A DNA stretch of 63,994 bases, counting the filler, from Fonticula-like sp. SCN 57-25 (Eukaryota), in the NCBI GenBank assembly GCA_001724245.1. It is 8 parts of 8 records of this genome, joined end to end, with 100 filler letters (N's around TTAATTAATTAA, not from the genome) between each part and the next. Parts side by side here need not be neighbours in the genome. Positions count along the whole stretch, not along the records: positions 39,710 to 49,649 come from MEDX01000331.1; positions 49,750 to 57,544 come from MEDX01000333.1; positions 57,645 to 63,994 come from MEDX01000458.1; 5 more parts are not named here. One strand, written 5' to 3'. Every line of letters starts with the position of its first letter. The first letter of the stretch is position 1. This document shows positions 45,728 to 58,319 of this stretch, piece by piece. The translations under genes were made by a program, and so were the position numbers. The notes beneath the pieces are model-generated. The model saw only the letters and a list, made by a program, of their open reading frames with translations, ran no database searches and was not told where the DNA came from.

Positions 45728-48700
45728 CTACAAAGGCAGATTTTGGCGTCGTACCGGCGGACGACCCCTCGGGTTGGCCGGCGACCCACTGCGAGACGAC
45801 GACGCGCTGCCGAGGTTAAGCTTCAAAGAGAGCTTTACAGGTGTCTTCTTGTCCGCCTTCTTGCCCTTGCTCTTCTTGTTCTGAGCATCCGAGTCGCCAT
45901 CGTCGCTTTCGCTGCCACTCCCGCTGTCATCGTCGCTGCCCGAGCTGGACGAGCTGTTCATCTCCTCGTCATCCTCGTCAGCGCGCGACAGCTTTGCGCG
46001 CTTCTTGGAGGGCTGGCCGGACGACAGCCTCCCCTTCTTCGCAGAGGCGGCCGCAGGCAAGGGAACCTCGCCATTGGGCGCGACAGACTCGAGCAGAGCG
46101 AGCGCCTCCTTCTCCAGCTGGAGGGCGTCGACGCAGACTTGCGAGCCCTCCTCATTGTACAAGCGCGCGTTGGCGGACATTAGTGACATATCCGCGGCAA
46201 AGTCGGCCGTGTCGTTGTACTTGTTGTCGCGCGCCTTTTTCTAATCAGGGGCATCAGAGGCTGCTGCAGGAGAGGGGGAATAAGAGGGCGATGACGTACC
46301 CGCATCCCTTCAAGCGCGATCGGCTTGGGGACGATCTGGTAGTAGTCGGGGTAGTACGACTTGGCGGGCAGCTTGAGGAAGAGCTCGGCCACCTGGCGTC
46401 CAGTCTCACTACGACATAAAGGCATCAGCAATGGGCCGCGAATAGCCAAGCGAGCAACGCACGGTTCCTTTACTTTCTCCAATGAATTAATCACCTTGTT
46501 GATCGCGTTGTTCAAGGCCAACCGAGCAGGGTCGACGCTCGCGGGAGGAGCGGGCGAGCTGGTCCCGGCACCGCGCTAAAATGCCCCAAAATGATAAGCA
46601 AAAGGCCACAAACAAAGGGAAGCAACGCACGCCAGGGCCGCGGGCAGGCGTGGCGGTAGTCGACGCTGTATCGTCATCGTCGTCCTCATGCTTGCGCTTT
46701 GCGCGGCGTTCGGCCTTGCGACGTGCGGCATCCGCAGGATCCTCTCCCTAACAAGCGCGAGCGCCCACGGTAAGTCTCAACAAGAAAGCAAAAACCGAAA
46801 CACATACCTTTTCTACAATGCGGAGGTACTGGGCTTCGGTCAGGAGGTCCTCCGAATACGGGCGCAGCTGGCGCGTCTTGCGCTTTCCTCGGCCAATCTC
46901 GAACGGGTCCTCTTCCTCGACGACCGCCGGAGCGCCCTGCGCCATGAGCGCCAGGCCCGGGGGAAGCTCAGAGAATTCGATCAAGCGCGAGAGCGGCTTC
47001 CCGCGCCTGTTCTTGTTCGCGGCCTCGCGCTCGGCATCAATCTTTGTGTACAGCTCCAGCTCCTCTTCGTTACGGGCGAGAATCTCGTTCAGTTCTTCGT
47101 CATCGACAATTTCGTCTTCCTCAACCTCGTCCTTGTCCTTGTCCTCCTGAAGAAGCTGCTTGAGCAGCGTTTCACGTTCATTGTGGCTCGTCTTCTGATC
47201 AAACTTGCCAGCTTGAATGACCTACAGAAACAGGTGAGCGTGGACGCCATAAAATAACGCGCATTCGCACCTTGGCATCGACGTCGAGCTTGAACTGGGC
47301 GCGCTCAAGAATGCTTTCTTCGATACTCTTGGCAGTAATCATACGATAGACGCGCACCTCCTTCTTTTGGCCAATACGATGGGCACTGCGCAGTTTCAGT
47401 CAGCGTCAGGTTTCGAGCAATGGTCAATGCATACCGATCTTGGGCCTGCAGATCGGCAAAGGGGTTCCAGTCAGACTCGAAAAGGATCACCGTCGAGGCA
47501 GACTGAAGGTTGAGTCCGAGACCACCCGCACGCGTTGTCAGCAAGAACAAAAAGTAGTCGCTTTCAGGGTCGTTCCACTTGTTGACCGACTCGCGACGCT
47601 CGTCCACGCCCGTGTTTCCCTGAAGACGAAGGATCTTGTACCCGCGAAGGTGGCAGTAGTCCTCCATGATATCCATCAAATTGGTCGACTGGAAGAAAAT
47701 CAGCGTCTTGTGGTTGGCCGCCTTGAACTTTGGCAAAATACGCTACAAGTTCATGTTAGATTCTGGATAACAGCCTGTACTAGTACGCACATCCAAAAGC
47801 TCAAACTTGCCCGACACGCGAACCACGTTCTCATCCACGAGGCCGTGGGGATTAAGCTGATTCTCGATCTCGTCAAAGAGATACGGGTGGTTGCAGAGTT
47901 TCCTCAGCTGCATAATCAGGTTCTGATACACCTGAGGGCGCGCCTTGCCTTCGCTCGTAACGGCCAAACGGCTGCGGGAACATTGCGTTAGAAACCAAAA
48001 AAATTACAATCCAATAATCAACGTACTTGCTCTCCTCCATCTGGCGGTAGAGCATCGTCTGCAGGCCCGACATCTGGCACTTGAGCACGCGCTCGACCTT
48101 GTCCGGAAGGCTCGCTTCGACGTCCTTCTTGAGACGACTGCCGACGCGGGTTAGAACGATACATGCAAACAGCACATGTTGGCGCACCGAAGCATGAAGG
48201 GCTCGAGCACCTTGTGCAGGCGGCGAATCACGAGAAGCGACTCTTCTTCGCTCAACTCGAGACGCTCGCCCGTCAGCTCCTTCGGGCTCTTCTCGAACGG
48301 GGCATTGAACCAGTCCTCAAAGCTCTGCTTGGACTGGAAGACCTTGGGAAGAAGGAAATTGAGAAGGGCCCAGAGCTCGGGCAAGTTGTTCTGAAGCGGC
48401 GTTCCTATCCAGCAGTATTAGCGGAATGCAACAAAAAGCTCATCATGCGTACCGGTAAGCAGGAGTCGATGCTTGGCAGCATACTTGGATGCAAGGACCT
48501 GCGTGAGCTTTGCACTCTTGCTCTTGATGCGGTGACCTTCATCAATAATGATGTACGTCCACTTGACCTTGCTGAGGACGGCCATGTCGCGCATCACAAA
48601 CTCGTACGTCGTCAAAAGGACCGTGAAATTGCCACCACGGATGAAGTTCTGGTGGAGATGCTGGCGGTTCGCCTTTGATCCCGAGTACACGACCTAGTGC

Positions 48701-49649
48701 AGCGTTAGACAAAAAGGACATTGCAGTGTGCGATCGCAGTACCTTTTGGACCGAAGGAGCCCAGCGCTCAAACTCGAGCTTCCAGTTGCTCAGAGTAGAA
48801 AGCGGTGCCAGGATGAGGAAAGGACCGTGGTAATTCTTGCTCTCCATGAGGTACGTGATGAGCGCAATGGTCTGGATCGTTTTGCCGAGACCCATCTCGT
48901 CGGCCAGAATACCGTTCAGGCTGTTGTTGTGCAGCGAAACGAGCCATTGCAAGCCTACACGCAAGTAAGAAAAGGCACACGCAAAATTAAAAAACTGTAC
49001 CCTTGATCTGATAGTCCTTGAGCTGGCCGCCAACGAGCATGTCGGCCTGCTTGGTAATGGGCTCGAATATCGAGTGAGCCAGCTGATAAAACTCGGTACG
49101 CTGTGCAGACTTGCCGCCGTCAGCCTCGCTTGATGCCGCGCCATTTGTGCCCTCGGCGGCAATCTCCTCCGCCGTCTTGTTCTCCTGCTTTTGTTCAAGA
49201 ACCTTGCCGGTGAGGTCCTTGAGGAAAGCATCCGTCTGCTGAAGCAGATGCATGACACGCGCGTTCTTGGCCTGCGAAACAAGTTCCATGAACTTGGCTT
49301 CGTCATTCTCACTGGAAGCGAGATTGGTGAGAACAAAAAGTTTGCCAAGCGTGCTAGAGCGCACCGAAGGTAGCGAATCATGTCCTTTTGAATCTTCTCC
49401 TGACGACGCGTTTCCTCGCGCTCAAAGTTATTGTGCCACTGAACGACCATTTTACCCAAGCTAAAAACTCAATGTCAATGACATATTTCACCAACCGACC
49501 ACATGCGTACCGCGCGCGCTTGACCGTCGTGGCGCGGTGGTGCTCCTTAAAGTCCTTGGCGTGCTGCACGATGGAGCTAAGATGGTCGCGCTGCTTCTTG
49601 CTGCGCTGCCGCTCGCGCGCCTCCCGGTCCATCTGGTTGCACTTTAGCC
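45728..49649 (-). CDS. SNF2/BRM (SMARCA2/4, Snf2/Sth1-type) chromatin-remodelling ATPase with bromodomain, 5' truncated, multi-exon
   Basis: HSA-like region; [69 protein letters not shown]; bromodomain [14 protein letters not shown]...[12 protein letters not shown]. Confidence 0.95.
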
Positions 49650-49749
49650 NNNNNNNNNNNNNNNNNNNNNNNNNNNNNNNNNNNNNNNNNNNNTTAATTA
49701 ATTAANNNNNNNNNNNNNNNNNNNNNNNNNNNNNNNNNNNNNNNNNNNN
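49650..49749. other. Artificial contig spacer
   Basis: N44-TTAATTAATTAA-N44. Confidence 0.98.
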
Positions 49750-49772
49750 CACAATACTTATGGTCTATTTAG

Positions 49773-49855
49773 AGGACTTCCGGAGCAAGCGGCAGACGAC
49801 CAAGACGGTCGACGAGCTTTTTGACAACGATTTCCGGCAACAAGTATCCATGTGA
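49773..49855 (+). CDS. Probable terminal exon of a gene cut by the contig start
   Basis: After a TTTAG acceptor it reads DFRSKRQTTKTVDELFDNDFRQQVSM*. Confidence 0.3.
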
Positions 49856-50192
49856 GTCACCGCTCGCTGAACGTTCAAGCGCATTGCTGCGACGCTCATT
49901 TGGCTCCGCTAGCGCGGTCTATTTATTATGCATTTGTTTTATTACCAGTAGGCTCTATCGGCTTTTCCTCGAAGGTGTCCCTCTAGAAGACACCCTCTTC
50001 CTGTAATATATTGTGTTTTTTCCTCGTACCAAATACCAAATGGCATGGTCAAGACGAAATGTACTGTTTATGGCACACAGTGAGTATTTATTTTGTCGTA
50101 CGAATGCGCCAGAAGCGCACAGAGGTACTTCTTTCGCGCGCGCCATGCCAGTTCATATCATCACGTGATCTCACATCACGTGAGCAGTAGAC

Positions 50193-50853
50193 ATGGGCTT
50201 CTCGATCGCGGTGAGCGAGGACGCGTCGGCGCGGTTGCCGGCGCCGCTCGGCTATTCGGCGAATGCTCACTCTGCCGTGCGTTTTACTCGTCTTTTAGTT
50301 GTTGTTGTTTGCTAATAGGAAATAAATAGACATCGATCAAGTCGTCTCGTGAGACGTCTGCTGCGTCGCGCGAGGACATGAAGCGCAAGGTACGTCATCG
50401 CGTGTTCCACCTTGACGGCATTGCTGATACCGCCTGTTTAACAGAAAGCGTGGTCTCTTGTGATGACGGGAGTTCAGCAGCTCCCCATGCAGCTTTTTAT
50501 GATGTGGATGAGCGGTAACTCTATCCAGATCTTTTCAATCATGTTCCTCGGCATGACCTTTTACAATTCCCTTAAGAACGTTGTCAACGTCAATCAGAGT
50601 GCGTGCCCTCTTTCTCATTCGGTTCCACTTGTACTTATGCGGATGTAAAGCGTTCACGTCGGCGATCGGCCACGTTGGCTCGGACAACCTCGTGATGCGG
50701 CTGGCGTATGTTGCGGCTCAGCTCTTGTCTTTCTGCGTCGGTTTCTACAAAGCGTCGTCCCTCGGGCTGCTGCCGACGACAACATCGGACTGGCTCTTCT
50801 TTTTGCCGGACAAAATTGTACAGGAGCACGTGTACGGCACGGCGGTCATTTAA
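50193..50853 (+). CDS. EMC4: ER membrane complex subunit 4, multi-exon
   Basis: LPAPLGY, KKAWSL, QLPMQLFMMWMSGNSIQIFSIM, YKASSLGLLPTTTSDWL. Confidence 0.93.
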
Positions 50854-51088
50854 TTTTATACCCAATACATTGGCAGTAGAACAGGATCGCTTAGAGGATC
50901 ATGGGTTCAGACATATGTTCGCAAAGAGTACACTTGTTCATGTATAGTTGCTGCTTTCGTATGGCATATGTATCTTAACACAATGCCACCCTGAATTGTT
51001 CACAGTGCACACGGTCAACATTATGTATACGGTTCAATCTTTAAAATCTAATTCTTTTATTCACTTCTTACATACTTCTATTCCCAAC

Positions 51089-54000
51089 CTATACCGCGAG
51101 CGCCGCCACCGCCTTTGCGACATTCTCCGACATCCCCTTATTGTCCGACCTCACCGCGATCCCAAACGTGCCCGCCTCGTCCACCCTCGCGTGCACGAGC
51201 GCGACATCCGCCGGCGACATGACCGTGCACGCAAAGATGACCTCATTCCTGATAATCTCCACCAGGTGCAGCCCGCCGCGCGCGACAATCTTGTCGGCAA
51301 TCGCCTTTGGCGCCGACCGCGGCGCAACGCGCGCCGACGCCTTTGCCTCCTGGCTCATGGCCACCCAACGCTGCCCAAACTCGGCAGTCACCATCGGCAG
51401 CGGCCGCACAAAGTCGGCGACACCCACGGGGACGGCGCCCTGCAGCGACCGCGGCGCGCCGCCAGCGTCCGTGTACGACACGCTCACGCCGACGGCCGAC
51501 ACGGGGCGGTGTGAGCCGAGGCGGAGGCGCGCGTCGAGCGGCGCAGAACTTAGCGCAGGCAGCTGAGGCACGGTCAGCGTGCGAAGCGTCGCGTCAAGGC
51601 GGGCAGAGAGCGATGGCCCGGCAGGGCACGACAGAGACGCGGTCAGCACGGGCGGGACGTCCAGCGAAACGCGAAGGTCGCGAAGGGCGCCGCGGCTCAG
51701 CGACGTCAGCGAAATAGAAACGCAAATTTCGCCGCCGGCTTCCTTGCGCTTCGAGTACGAAAGCGACAGGTTATAATCGGCAGCAAGCTCAGTGGCCGAC
51801 GCATTGGAAGTCGAAAGGGGGACTGAAGAAGAAGACTGGGACGGCGAGCCAACAGACAAGAGGTCCATCAGAGGGTCAAAGCTCAGCGCGGCCGACGACG
51901 ACGTGGCAGACAGCGGCGGAAGGGGCGACGAAGAAGACGGTCCGAGGTCCAGAAGGTCAAGGCCGTCAAGCAGCGAAGCGGACGAAGCGGCGCTGCGCTG
52001 CGGGGCGGGCGCGGCAGCCGGAATGTCATCAAGCGAAAACAACAAATCAGTCGCCGACGGCTGCTGAACTGGCTGCTGAGGCTGCTGACCATATTGCTGC
52101 TGCTGGGTCTGCTGCGGCGGGGCGTACTTGGCGGGCTGGCCGGCGGGGCGCGGGCGCGGAACAGGCGCAGGGGCGGGCGCCGCCGCGTTCGGCACAATGC
52201 CGCTGAACAGCGCCGCGGCCATGCGCTCCTTCTCGGTCATAACGCGCGGGGCAGCAGCGGCGGCAGCGGCCGAAGTGGCCGTCGCCTGCGACTGCGCCGG
52301 CGCGACACTCTCCGCCTGCTGAGTCTGCTGCTGCTGCTGCTGCTGCTGGGACGGCACCTGCGTCGGGGCAGAGGCCGCTTGCTGCTGCTGCGGGGGCGCC
52401 TGTGCGCGCGCGAGGTTGCCCTCCTTGCCCCACTTGCGCTTGGATTCGGGGACGGCGGCGGCGATCACCTGCTGCGGCGTCGCGGCCGGCTGAACGGGCG
52501 CCGCCACATGGTCGTCCTGTGTAGCTGTGGGCGTCGCGGCTACCGCTGCCGGGTACGCGAACGGCTGCTTGGGGGCCTCGTAAGCCTCAAAGCGGATTGC
52601 GGTGCGCGCGTCGTCGTCCTTTGCGCGGAGCGGCTGCTTGGCGCGCTTTGACGGCGGCAGATACCTGCTGGCGCCTCTCCTGAGCGCGTCGTTGACAAAC
52701 GCGTCGGCAAAGCTGAGAGTCTCGTCGATCTCAATGTCCTCGCAGGAGGCGTCGACGGGCAGCACGGCGCGCATGAGCGGCATGTTGTTGACGAGCGCGT
52801 CAAACTCGGCGGCGCGCTGCGTCAGGTCGCTGTGCGGCGTTCCCTTGGCGCGCGCGATGATCTGCGCAACGTGCGGCGGGCACTGGCCAGCCTGCGCGAC
52901 AAGCTTCATCATGGCGGACAGCAGCCAGCAACGCGCGTCCTGGCTCAAGTGCGCGCGCGCATAGTACTCGCTGAGCACGGTGAGCACGCCGGAAACGCCA
53001 CCAGCGTCGCTCGCGAGGTAGCCGTACTCGCCCAGCACCCACGCGGCAGTGTGCAGCAGCGGGTCCGTCGTGTGCGGCTTGCCGAGGAACTGCAGAAAAG
53101 TGTGCACGCTCTCGGCGCGCAGCTGGCCGTCCTCCTCAGCGTCGTCGCTGCCCTCGGCCACGAGGCGCATCAGCGAGTCGGCCACTTCGGGGCGGACAAG
53201 GTCGCCGCCAATCTCGAGCAGCGTCGCCATCGTCGTCGTGAACCAAAGGTTGCTCGGCGCGTACTTTTGCGCGAGCAGCGTGATGCGCGACACAAGCTCG
53301 GTGCGAAGGTACTCGTCAACAGTGTTGCGCAGGAATTCAATCATCTTGGCGACAATAACAGACACGTTCTGCGCGTTCGTCATGCGGTAGAGAACGTCGA
53401 GCGTCTTGCGGCGGAGCGTCTCATCGGCGCTCTCGAGGCAGTCAATGACGACCATCTGGTGAGGAGCGGCGTGCGTCGGGTCGACCTTGACGACGGCGGC
53501 GAGCGCGGTCATGCCGAGGTAGCGCAGGTTGCTGTTACTCGAGGAAAGGAAGCGCGTCAGCGTCTCAGCGGCGGCGCCGACAATCTGAGTGTTGGGGTAA
53601 ATCGTGGTAATAGTCGCAATCGTCTCATACAGGACGGCTGAAAGGCGCACAAAGGGGCAAAACAGAGTCAGTAACCCAAAAAAAGACCAAAAAAAACGCA
53701 CCATAGGCGGCGTCCACACCGGTGGCGGCGCGCTTGAGCGTGTCCAGGAGCACCGGGTACATGCCCTCGCTGGTGGTTGCGTTGTCGGCGCCGAGGTGCG
53801 CGAGGATCCGGAGCAGGCGGATCTGCAGCCACGGCGCGGGGACATCGTGGTAGTCGTACGCGCGGTGGATGGCCTTGCGGTCAATGAGCATGCGCTGAAG
53901 GGCGACAAAGACGGGCACGAGGCTCGTAAATTCGGCCGGGTTGTCCACGATCATCTCGTGGTACACGGCGAGGGCCGCGCCCATCACGCTCGGGTCGCTG

Positions 54001-54669
54001 TCGGCGAGCGCGCGGCGAAGATCCTCCATCTGGTTCACAATAATAGAAGGAACCTTTTTGTAGAAACGCAGCAGGCACATGAGCGCCTTCTTACGGACGA
54101 TCTCCTTGGGGTGGTTGAGCTTGTCAATCACCGCAGGGTATACGGCCGGCGCCAGATCCGCGTTCAAAAGACGGCACAGCGCCGTCATGGCAGAGCAAAT
54201 GTCGAGGTAGTTGGCGCTGCGGAGATCGCGAAGAATCGTCTGGACGAGCAGGATGGTCAGCTCGTGATCCTCGTGGAGAAGTAGCGAGACGGCAAGGTAG
54301 CCGACGCGCTTCTCAAAAGGGTTCTTTCCCTTCTGAGCCATGTTGACGGCGTGAATGTAGCCAAACGAAGCGTCGAGGCCGAGCATCTCGAGATACACAA
54401 CGCGGACAAGATACTCGCGCATTTGTTTCTACACGCGGCGATGCCGGTTAGCCTGCATTGGCCGTGAGAAAGAGGCTGCGCACTGTTGTAACATTGGGCT
54501 GGCCAATCTTTGCCTTGAGCCGCGTCCGCTCCGCCTGCATGATGCGCTCCTCCTCCTGCCGCGTGCGCGAGTCACCAATACTCCGCACGAGTTCATTGAA
54601 CTCGCGGCTGATGCCGTGGCTCGCGCCGACCGAGCCCGGCACCATTAAGGTGGCCACGACCTGGTCCAT
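51089..54669 (-). CDS. AP4E1: AP-4 complex epsilon adaptin, 3 exons, Gln/Pro/Ala-rich hinge and ear domain
   Basis: SREFNELVRSIGDSRTRQEEERIM, MREYLVRVVYLEMLGLDASFGYIHAV, EKRVGYLAVSL, YDYHDVPAPWLQI, VLPVDASCEDIEIDETLSF, IRFEAYEAP, KWGKEG. Confidence 0.93.
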
Positions 54670-54831
54670 CGTCCCGGCTGTCCTGCAGCTGCGCGCTACC
54701 AAACAAGCACGATGTGCACAATCCTGTGGGCAACACTGCCACAACGTGACATTCGATCAATACAACAGCATTGCCACAACTTGTTGGTATTGTAGTTACG
54801 TCAGCCATCGCGAACCTGCACCAGACCAACG

Positions 54832-55835
54832 ATGACGGACGTGCCTGACGGGAGCCCGCCGGGTCCCGGCATGAGCTTGTCGGAAGGACAGGCCTTTCAA
54901 GCAGCAGAAAGAATTCAGAGCCAATTAAGTGAGACGAGGAGCCAGATCGAGTTTTTTGCGCGAAACATCTTGGCCGCCGCGCGGGTGCGTTCCTGCAATG
55001 TTCCTCGCTTGCAAACATTCCGTTGCGCTAACCGTTTTGCCGACAGACGCTTGACTCTATATCTGGCGGCGAGGGACCTGTCCGTGACAGCATTCTCGAC
55101 AAGCTTGAAGTATCTGCAAAGTATATGAGCCGGCTCAACATCCTCACGCGCGAGCTTGCCGACATGAGCGATGCCGTCGGCGTCGACATCGAGGCTGTCA
55201 AGGAGGCGAATCGCGTCACCGCTGAGGAATTCCAGCGCGCGTGCGCCGTTCTGGACGACATTGAGGAAATGATTGACGAGAACGAATCTTTTGTGGAGGA
55301 CATGGATCAGCTCATTGGCGAGCGCAGCAGCCTGATCAGCTCGAGCAGCCGGCGCATTCGCGAGCTACAGGCTGCCGCCAAGCAGGCCGCCAGGCAGGTT
55401 ATTTTTTCCACGCGCAGCAAGGACGCGCTCACCGCCAGCCCCTCAACGCTCAAGGCAGCACCCGACACGACGGCAGTGCCGCCAAGCGCGTCGGCCAGCG
55501 GGCACGTCGACGATGCCCGTCCGACCGACCAGGAGCCCGTGCCGCCGCCGACCGGCTGGGAAAAGGCGCGCAAGGTCGTGCTGCCGCTGACGGGGAGCAT
55601 TGCTGGCGCGGCTGTGCTGGGGCCCGTCGGGCTGCTGCTGGGGCTCAAGGGCGTCGTGCTTGTTGGCGCGGCCACCGTCGTCGGTGCGGGCGTCGGCATG
55701 CTCTCGGGCGCCGCCGTGTCGTACAAGCTCGACGACAAGGCTGCCGCTGCTGCTGCTGCTGCCGCTGCGGCGAGTGCATCTTCAACACCGACGGAAACGG
55801 CGCCGCCGCAACTGACGCCGCCGACGCCGTCATAG
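54832..55835 (+). CDS. Syntaxin-17-like SNARE with a glycine-zipper hairpin TM
   Basis: Coiled-coil/SNARE-like region followed by LPLTGSIAGAAVLGPVGLLLGLKG...GAGVGMLSG, resembling the STX17 double TM; one short intron. Confidence 0.65.
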
Positions 55836-56200
55836 CCATTCATTTCCTTGGATTATTTTCAGTGTATATATAGTTTTATTTGTCTCGCACGATAACAAGA
55901 AAAAATTCTAATGATAAGCAGTCACTTGCGACATGCGACGACAGGGCGCGCAGCTAGGCCACGTGAAAGGCAAAGAAGATAAAAGTCGCGCACGACGCAC
56001 GTGCCCGACCAAGGGATACGATGCCGCGCGCAAAGTGAAACAGATCGTACAGCCACACAACCACCAAACACACAGCAGACGAACAAGAGCAAGCAAGATA
56101 AACAAGAAAACGTACAGCAAAATGAAATAAATGATCGACAGGGACTGTAGTAGATGCAAAAAGAGCGCTATGGGCGGGAAAACGCGCAGGCTGCCGGCGC

Positions 56201-57544
56201 CTACTCGTGCCCGCTGTCGTCGTCCTCCTCCGTGTCGGACAGCTCGCCGTTCGCGCTGGCCATGAGCGCCGCGAGCATCGACACAATGTCGGCCTTGCGG
56301 TCGTACTCGTCGTTCGCCCACGTCCGCTTTATTACCACGTCCTTTTTAAAGTGCACGCGCATGCCGGGCGGCAGCGGGGCGCTCTCAACAACAATCTTGG
56401 GCGGGGCCGGCTGCGGCGCGTCCGCGCGGTCCAGCGCGGGGCGCGTCTTGCCGCGCCGCGACAGCGTGTGCCGCAGCGACGCGCCAAAGCCCTTCTTGGA
56501 CGTCTTGATGTGCACGCCGCTCTCGGCGCCAAACTGCGCGGCAAGCGACGTCGACGCCGCAGCGCGACGCTTGAGAATAGACTCTCCGGGCTTCTTGCGA
56601 GGCCGCTGCATCGGGACGGACACAGTGGGGAAGTCGGACTGCGAGACGCCGCTCGCAACGTCGCTGTCGTTCGAGTGGACCGAGGCGGCCTTGTCGGCGT
56701 CAGCTGACTCGCCATTTGCGGCGGGGGCGGCGGCAGCGTCAGAGGCGGCGTCAGTGGGCGCTGTGGCGTCGGAAGTGGCCGAAGTCGCCGTCTCGGTTGA
56801 CGAGGCCGCGGGCGTCTCGACGGGCGCCTCGACAGACCCAGAAGCAAGCTCGCCGCTCACCTTGGCGACCTCTTCCTTTTCCTCTTCCTTTTCTTCCTTG
56901 GGTTCCTCGTCAGTCTTGTCTTCTTTGACTTCTTCCTTGACCTCTTCCTTCTTTTCCTCAGTCGTTTCCTCTGATACCGTCGCCTTTTCAGTATCGACCT
57001 TGGCCTCATCCTTGGCTTCGCCTTCGGCCTCGGCCTCGTCGTCGCGCCCGAGGAAAGAGTCGCGCAGCTTGCCGACGTTCTTGCTGATCTGACGGCCAAA
57101 ACGGCGCGTCAAGCTGCGCGCGCCATACTGCTTGGCGTCCATGCGCAGCTTCTCCTCGGCGGGCGTGCCGGGCTCGGACTCGGAGCCGGCGTCGCCGTCG
57201 GGACTAGCCTTCTTTGGCGTCGGCGGCTTCTTGGGCGACTTTTTCAAAGACAACCGACGAAGAATGCTCGGCGACTTGGTCTGCGTGAGGTCAGTCTCGC
57301 GCGGCGACTCTGTAAGCGGGTGAGGCGACTCTTCGGCAGAGCTCTGCGATGGCTCGGCATCCGATGCGGGCGTCTCCGGCGGCGCCGGAGCGACAAAATC
57401 AAGGTAAACGGGGATCGGGCCGTCGATACCGTCCACGGGCGGGCCACGGGCAACCTGCGCATAAAGAGAGTACGGTACCGACCCGGGCTCGCGGATCAGC
57501 ATCACGGATTCGCCGCGGTCATAGTACACTTCAAAGGTGCCATC
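56201..57544 (-). CDS. Disordered Glu/Lys-rich protein with a C-terminal PP1-docking RVxF...YDR motif, 5' truncated
   Basis: MRVHFKKDVVIKRTWANDEYDRKAD resembles the neurabin/Phactr/Bni4 PP1-binding string. Confidence 0.65.
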   Translation of the reverse strand, partial: DGTFEVYYDRGESVMLIREPGSVPYSLYAQVARGPPVDGIDGPIPVYLDFVAPAPPETPASDAEPSQSSAEESPHPLTESPRETDLTQTKSPSILRRLSLKKSPKKPPTPKKASPDGDAGSESEPGTPAEEKLRMDAKQYGARSLTRRFGRQISKNVGKLRDSFLGRDDEAEAEGEAKDEAKVDTEKATVSEETTEEKKEEVKEEVKEDKTDEEPKEEKEEEKEEVAKVSGELASGSVEAPVETPAASSTETATSATSDATAPTDAASDAAAAPAANGESADADKAASVHSNDSDVASGVSQSDFPTVSVPMQRPRKKPGESILKRRAAASTSLAAQFGAESGVHIKTSKKGFGASLRHTLSRRGKTRPALDRADAPQPAPPKIVVESAPLPPGMRVHFKKDVVIKRTWANDEYDRKADIVSMLAALMASANGELSDTEEDDDSGHE

Positions 57545-57644
57545 NNNNNNNNNNNNNNNNNNNNNNNNNNNNNNNNNNNNNNNNNNNNTTAATTAATTAA
57601 NNNNNNNNNNNNNNNNNNNNNNNNNNNNNNNNNNNNNNNNNNNN
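57545..57644. other. Artificial contig spacer
   Basis: N44-TTAATTAATTAA-N44. Confidence 0.98.
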
Positions 57645-58022
57645 GTGCTGGGCAAGGTCCATGCTGTGATCTCCAAGCGCCGCGGGCGCATTCTCCACGA
57701 AGAGCTCAAGGAAGGCACGTCGATTTTCATTATCCGCGCCATTCTCCCTGTCGTTGAGAGTTTTGGTTTTTCGAATGAGATCCGCGGGCGCACGTCGGGC
57801 CTCGCGCAGCCGCAGCTCATCTTTTGCGGGTACGAGCTTCTGGACGAGGATCCGTACTGGGTGCCCACGACGGCCGAGGAGCTCGAGGACCTCGGCGAGA
57901 AGGCCGACAGGGAGAGCGTCCCGCTGCGCTACGTCAACCTCGTCAGGAAGAGGAAGGGGCTTTTCGTGGAGGAGATGATCGTCGAGAGCGCTGAGAAGCA
58001 GAGGACACTCATGAAAAAGTAA
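57645..58022 (+). CDS. EFL1: Elongation factor-like GTPase EFL1/RIA1, C-terminal part
   Basis: [56 protein letters not shown]...AEKQRTL. Confidence 0.93.
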   Translation: MLGKVHAVISKRRGRILHEELKEGTSIFIIRAILPVVESFGFSNEIRGRTSGLAQPQLIFCGYELLDEDPYWVPTTAEELEDLGEKADRESVPLRYVNLVRKRKGLFVEEMIVESAEKQRTLMKK

Positions 58023-58319
58023 AAGGGATGGAATGAAGAATACAATGTACATTTCACAATGTAAATATGAAATGTAGAGCATGTGCGCATCGCGCGGTGA
58101 AAAAGGGCAAAGAGAGGAGGCCAAAAGAGGCGAAAAGAGGTAAAGGCAAGGAGAAGTGGGCAACCGCCAACTGGGCCGCGGTGATGACCAACCAATGGAC
58201 ACGTAGTACCGAAAAGGATCATGTGCTGTTGTATTGGTAATAAAGCATGACAGTATAAAGACATATACATAAATTGAAGGGCATAAGTGAGAGCACGCGG
58301 CATTGCGTATTGGTCATCG

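Noticed and set aside
52060-52392. CAG-rich repeats, and the His tract near 11983-12010
   Set aside because: Ordinary coding low-complexity sequence (poly-Gln in the adaptin hinge, poly-His in the helicase).
7889-57644. TTAATTAATTAA elements recurring about every 7.9 kb, and ORFs ending in XXX-LIN
   Set aside because: These are artificial linkers between concatenated contigs. Cross-contig neighbourhoods (e.g. ETT1, tRNA-Gln and the TAG-containing gene) are not physical linkage.
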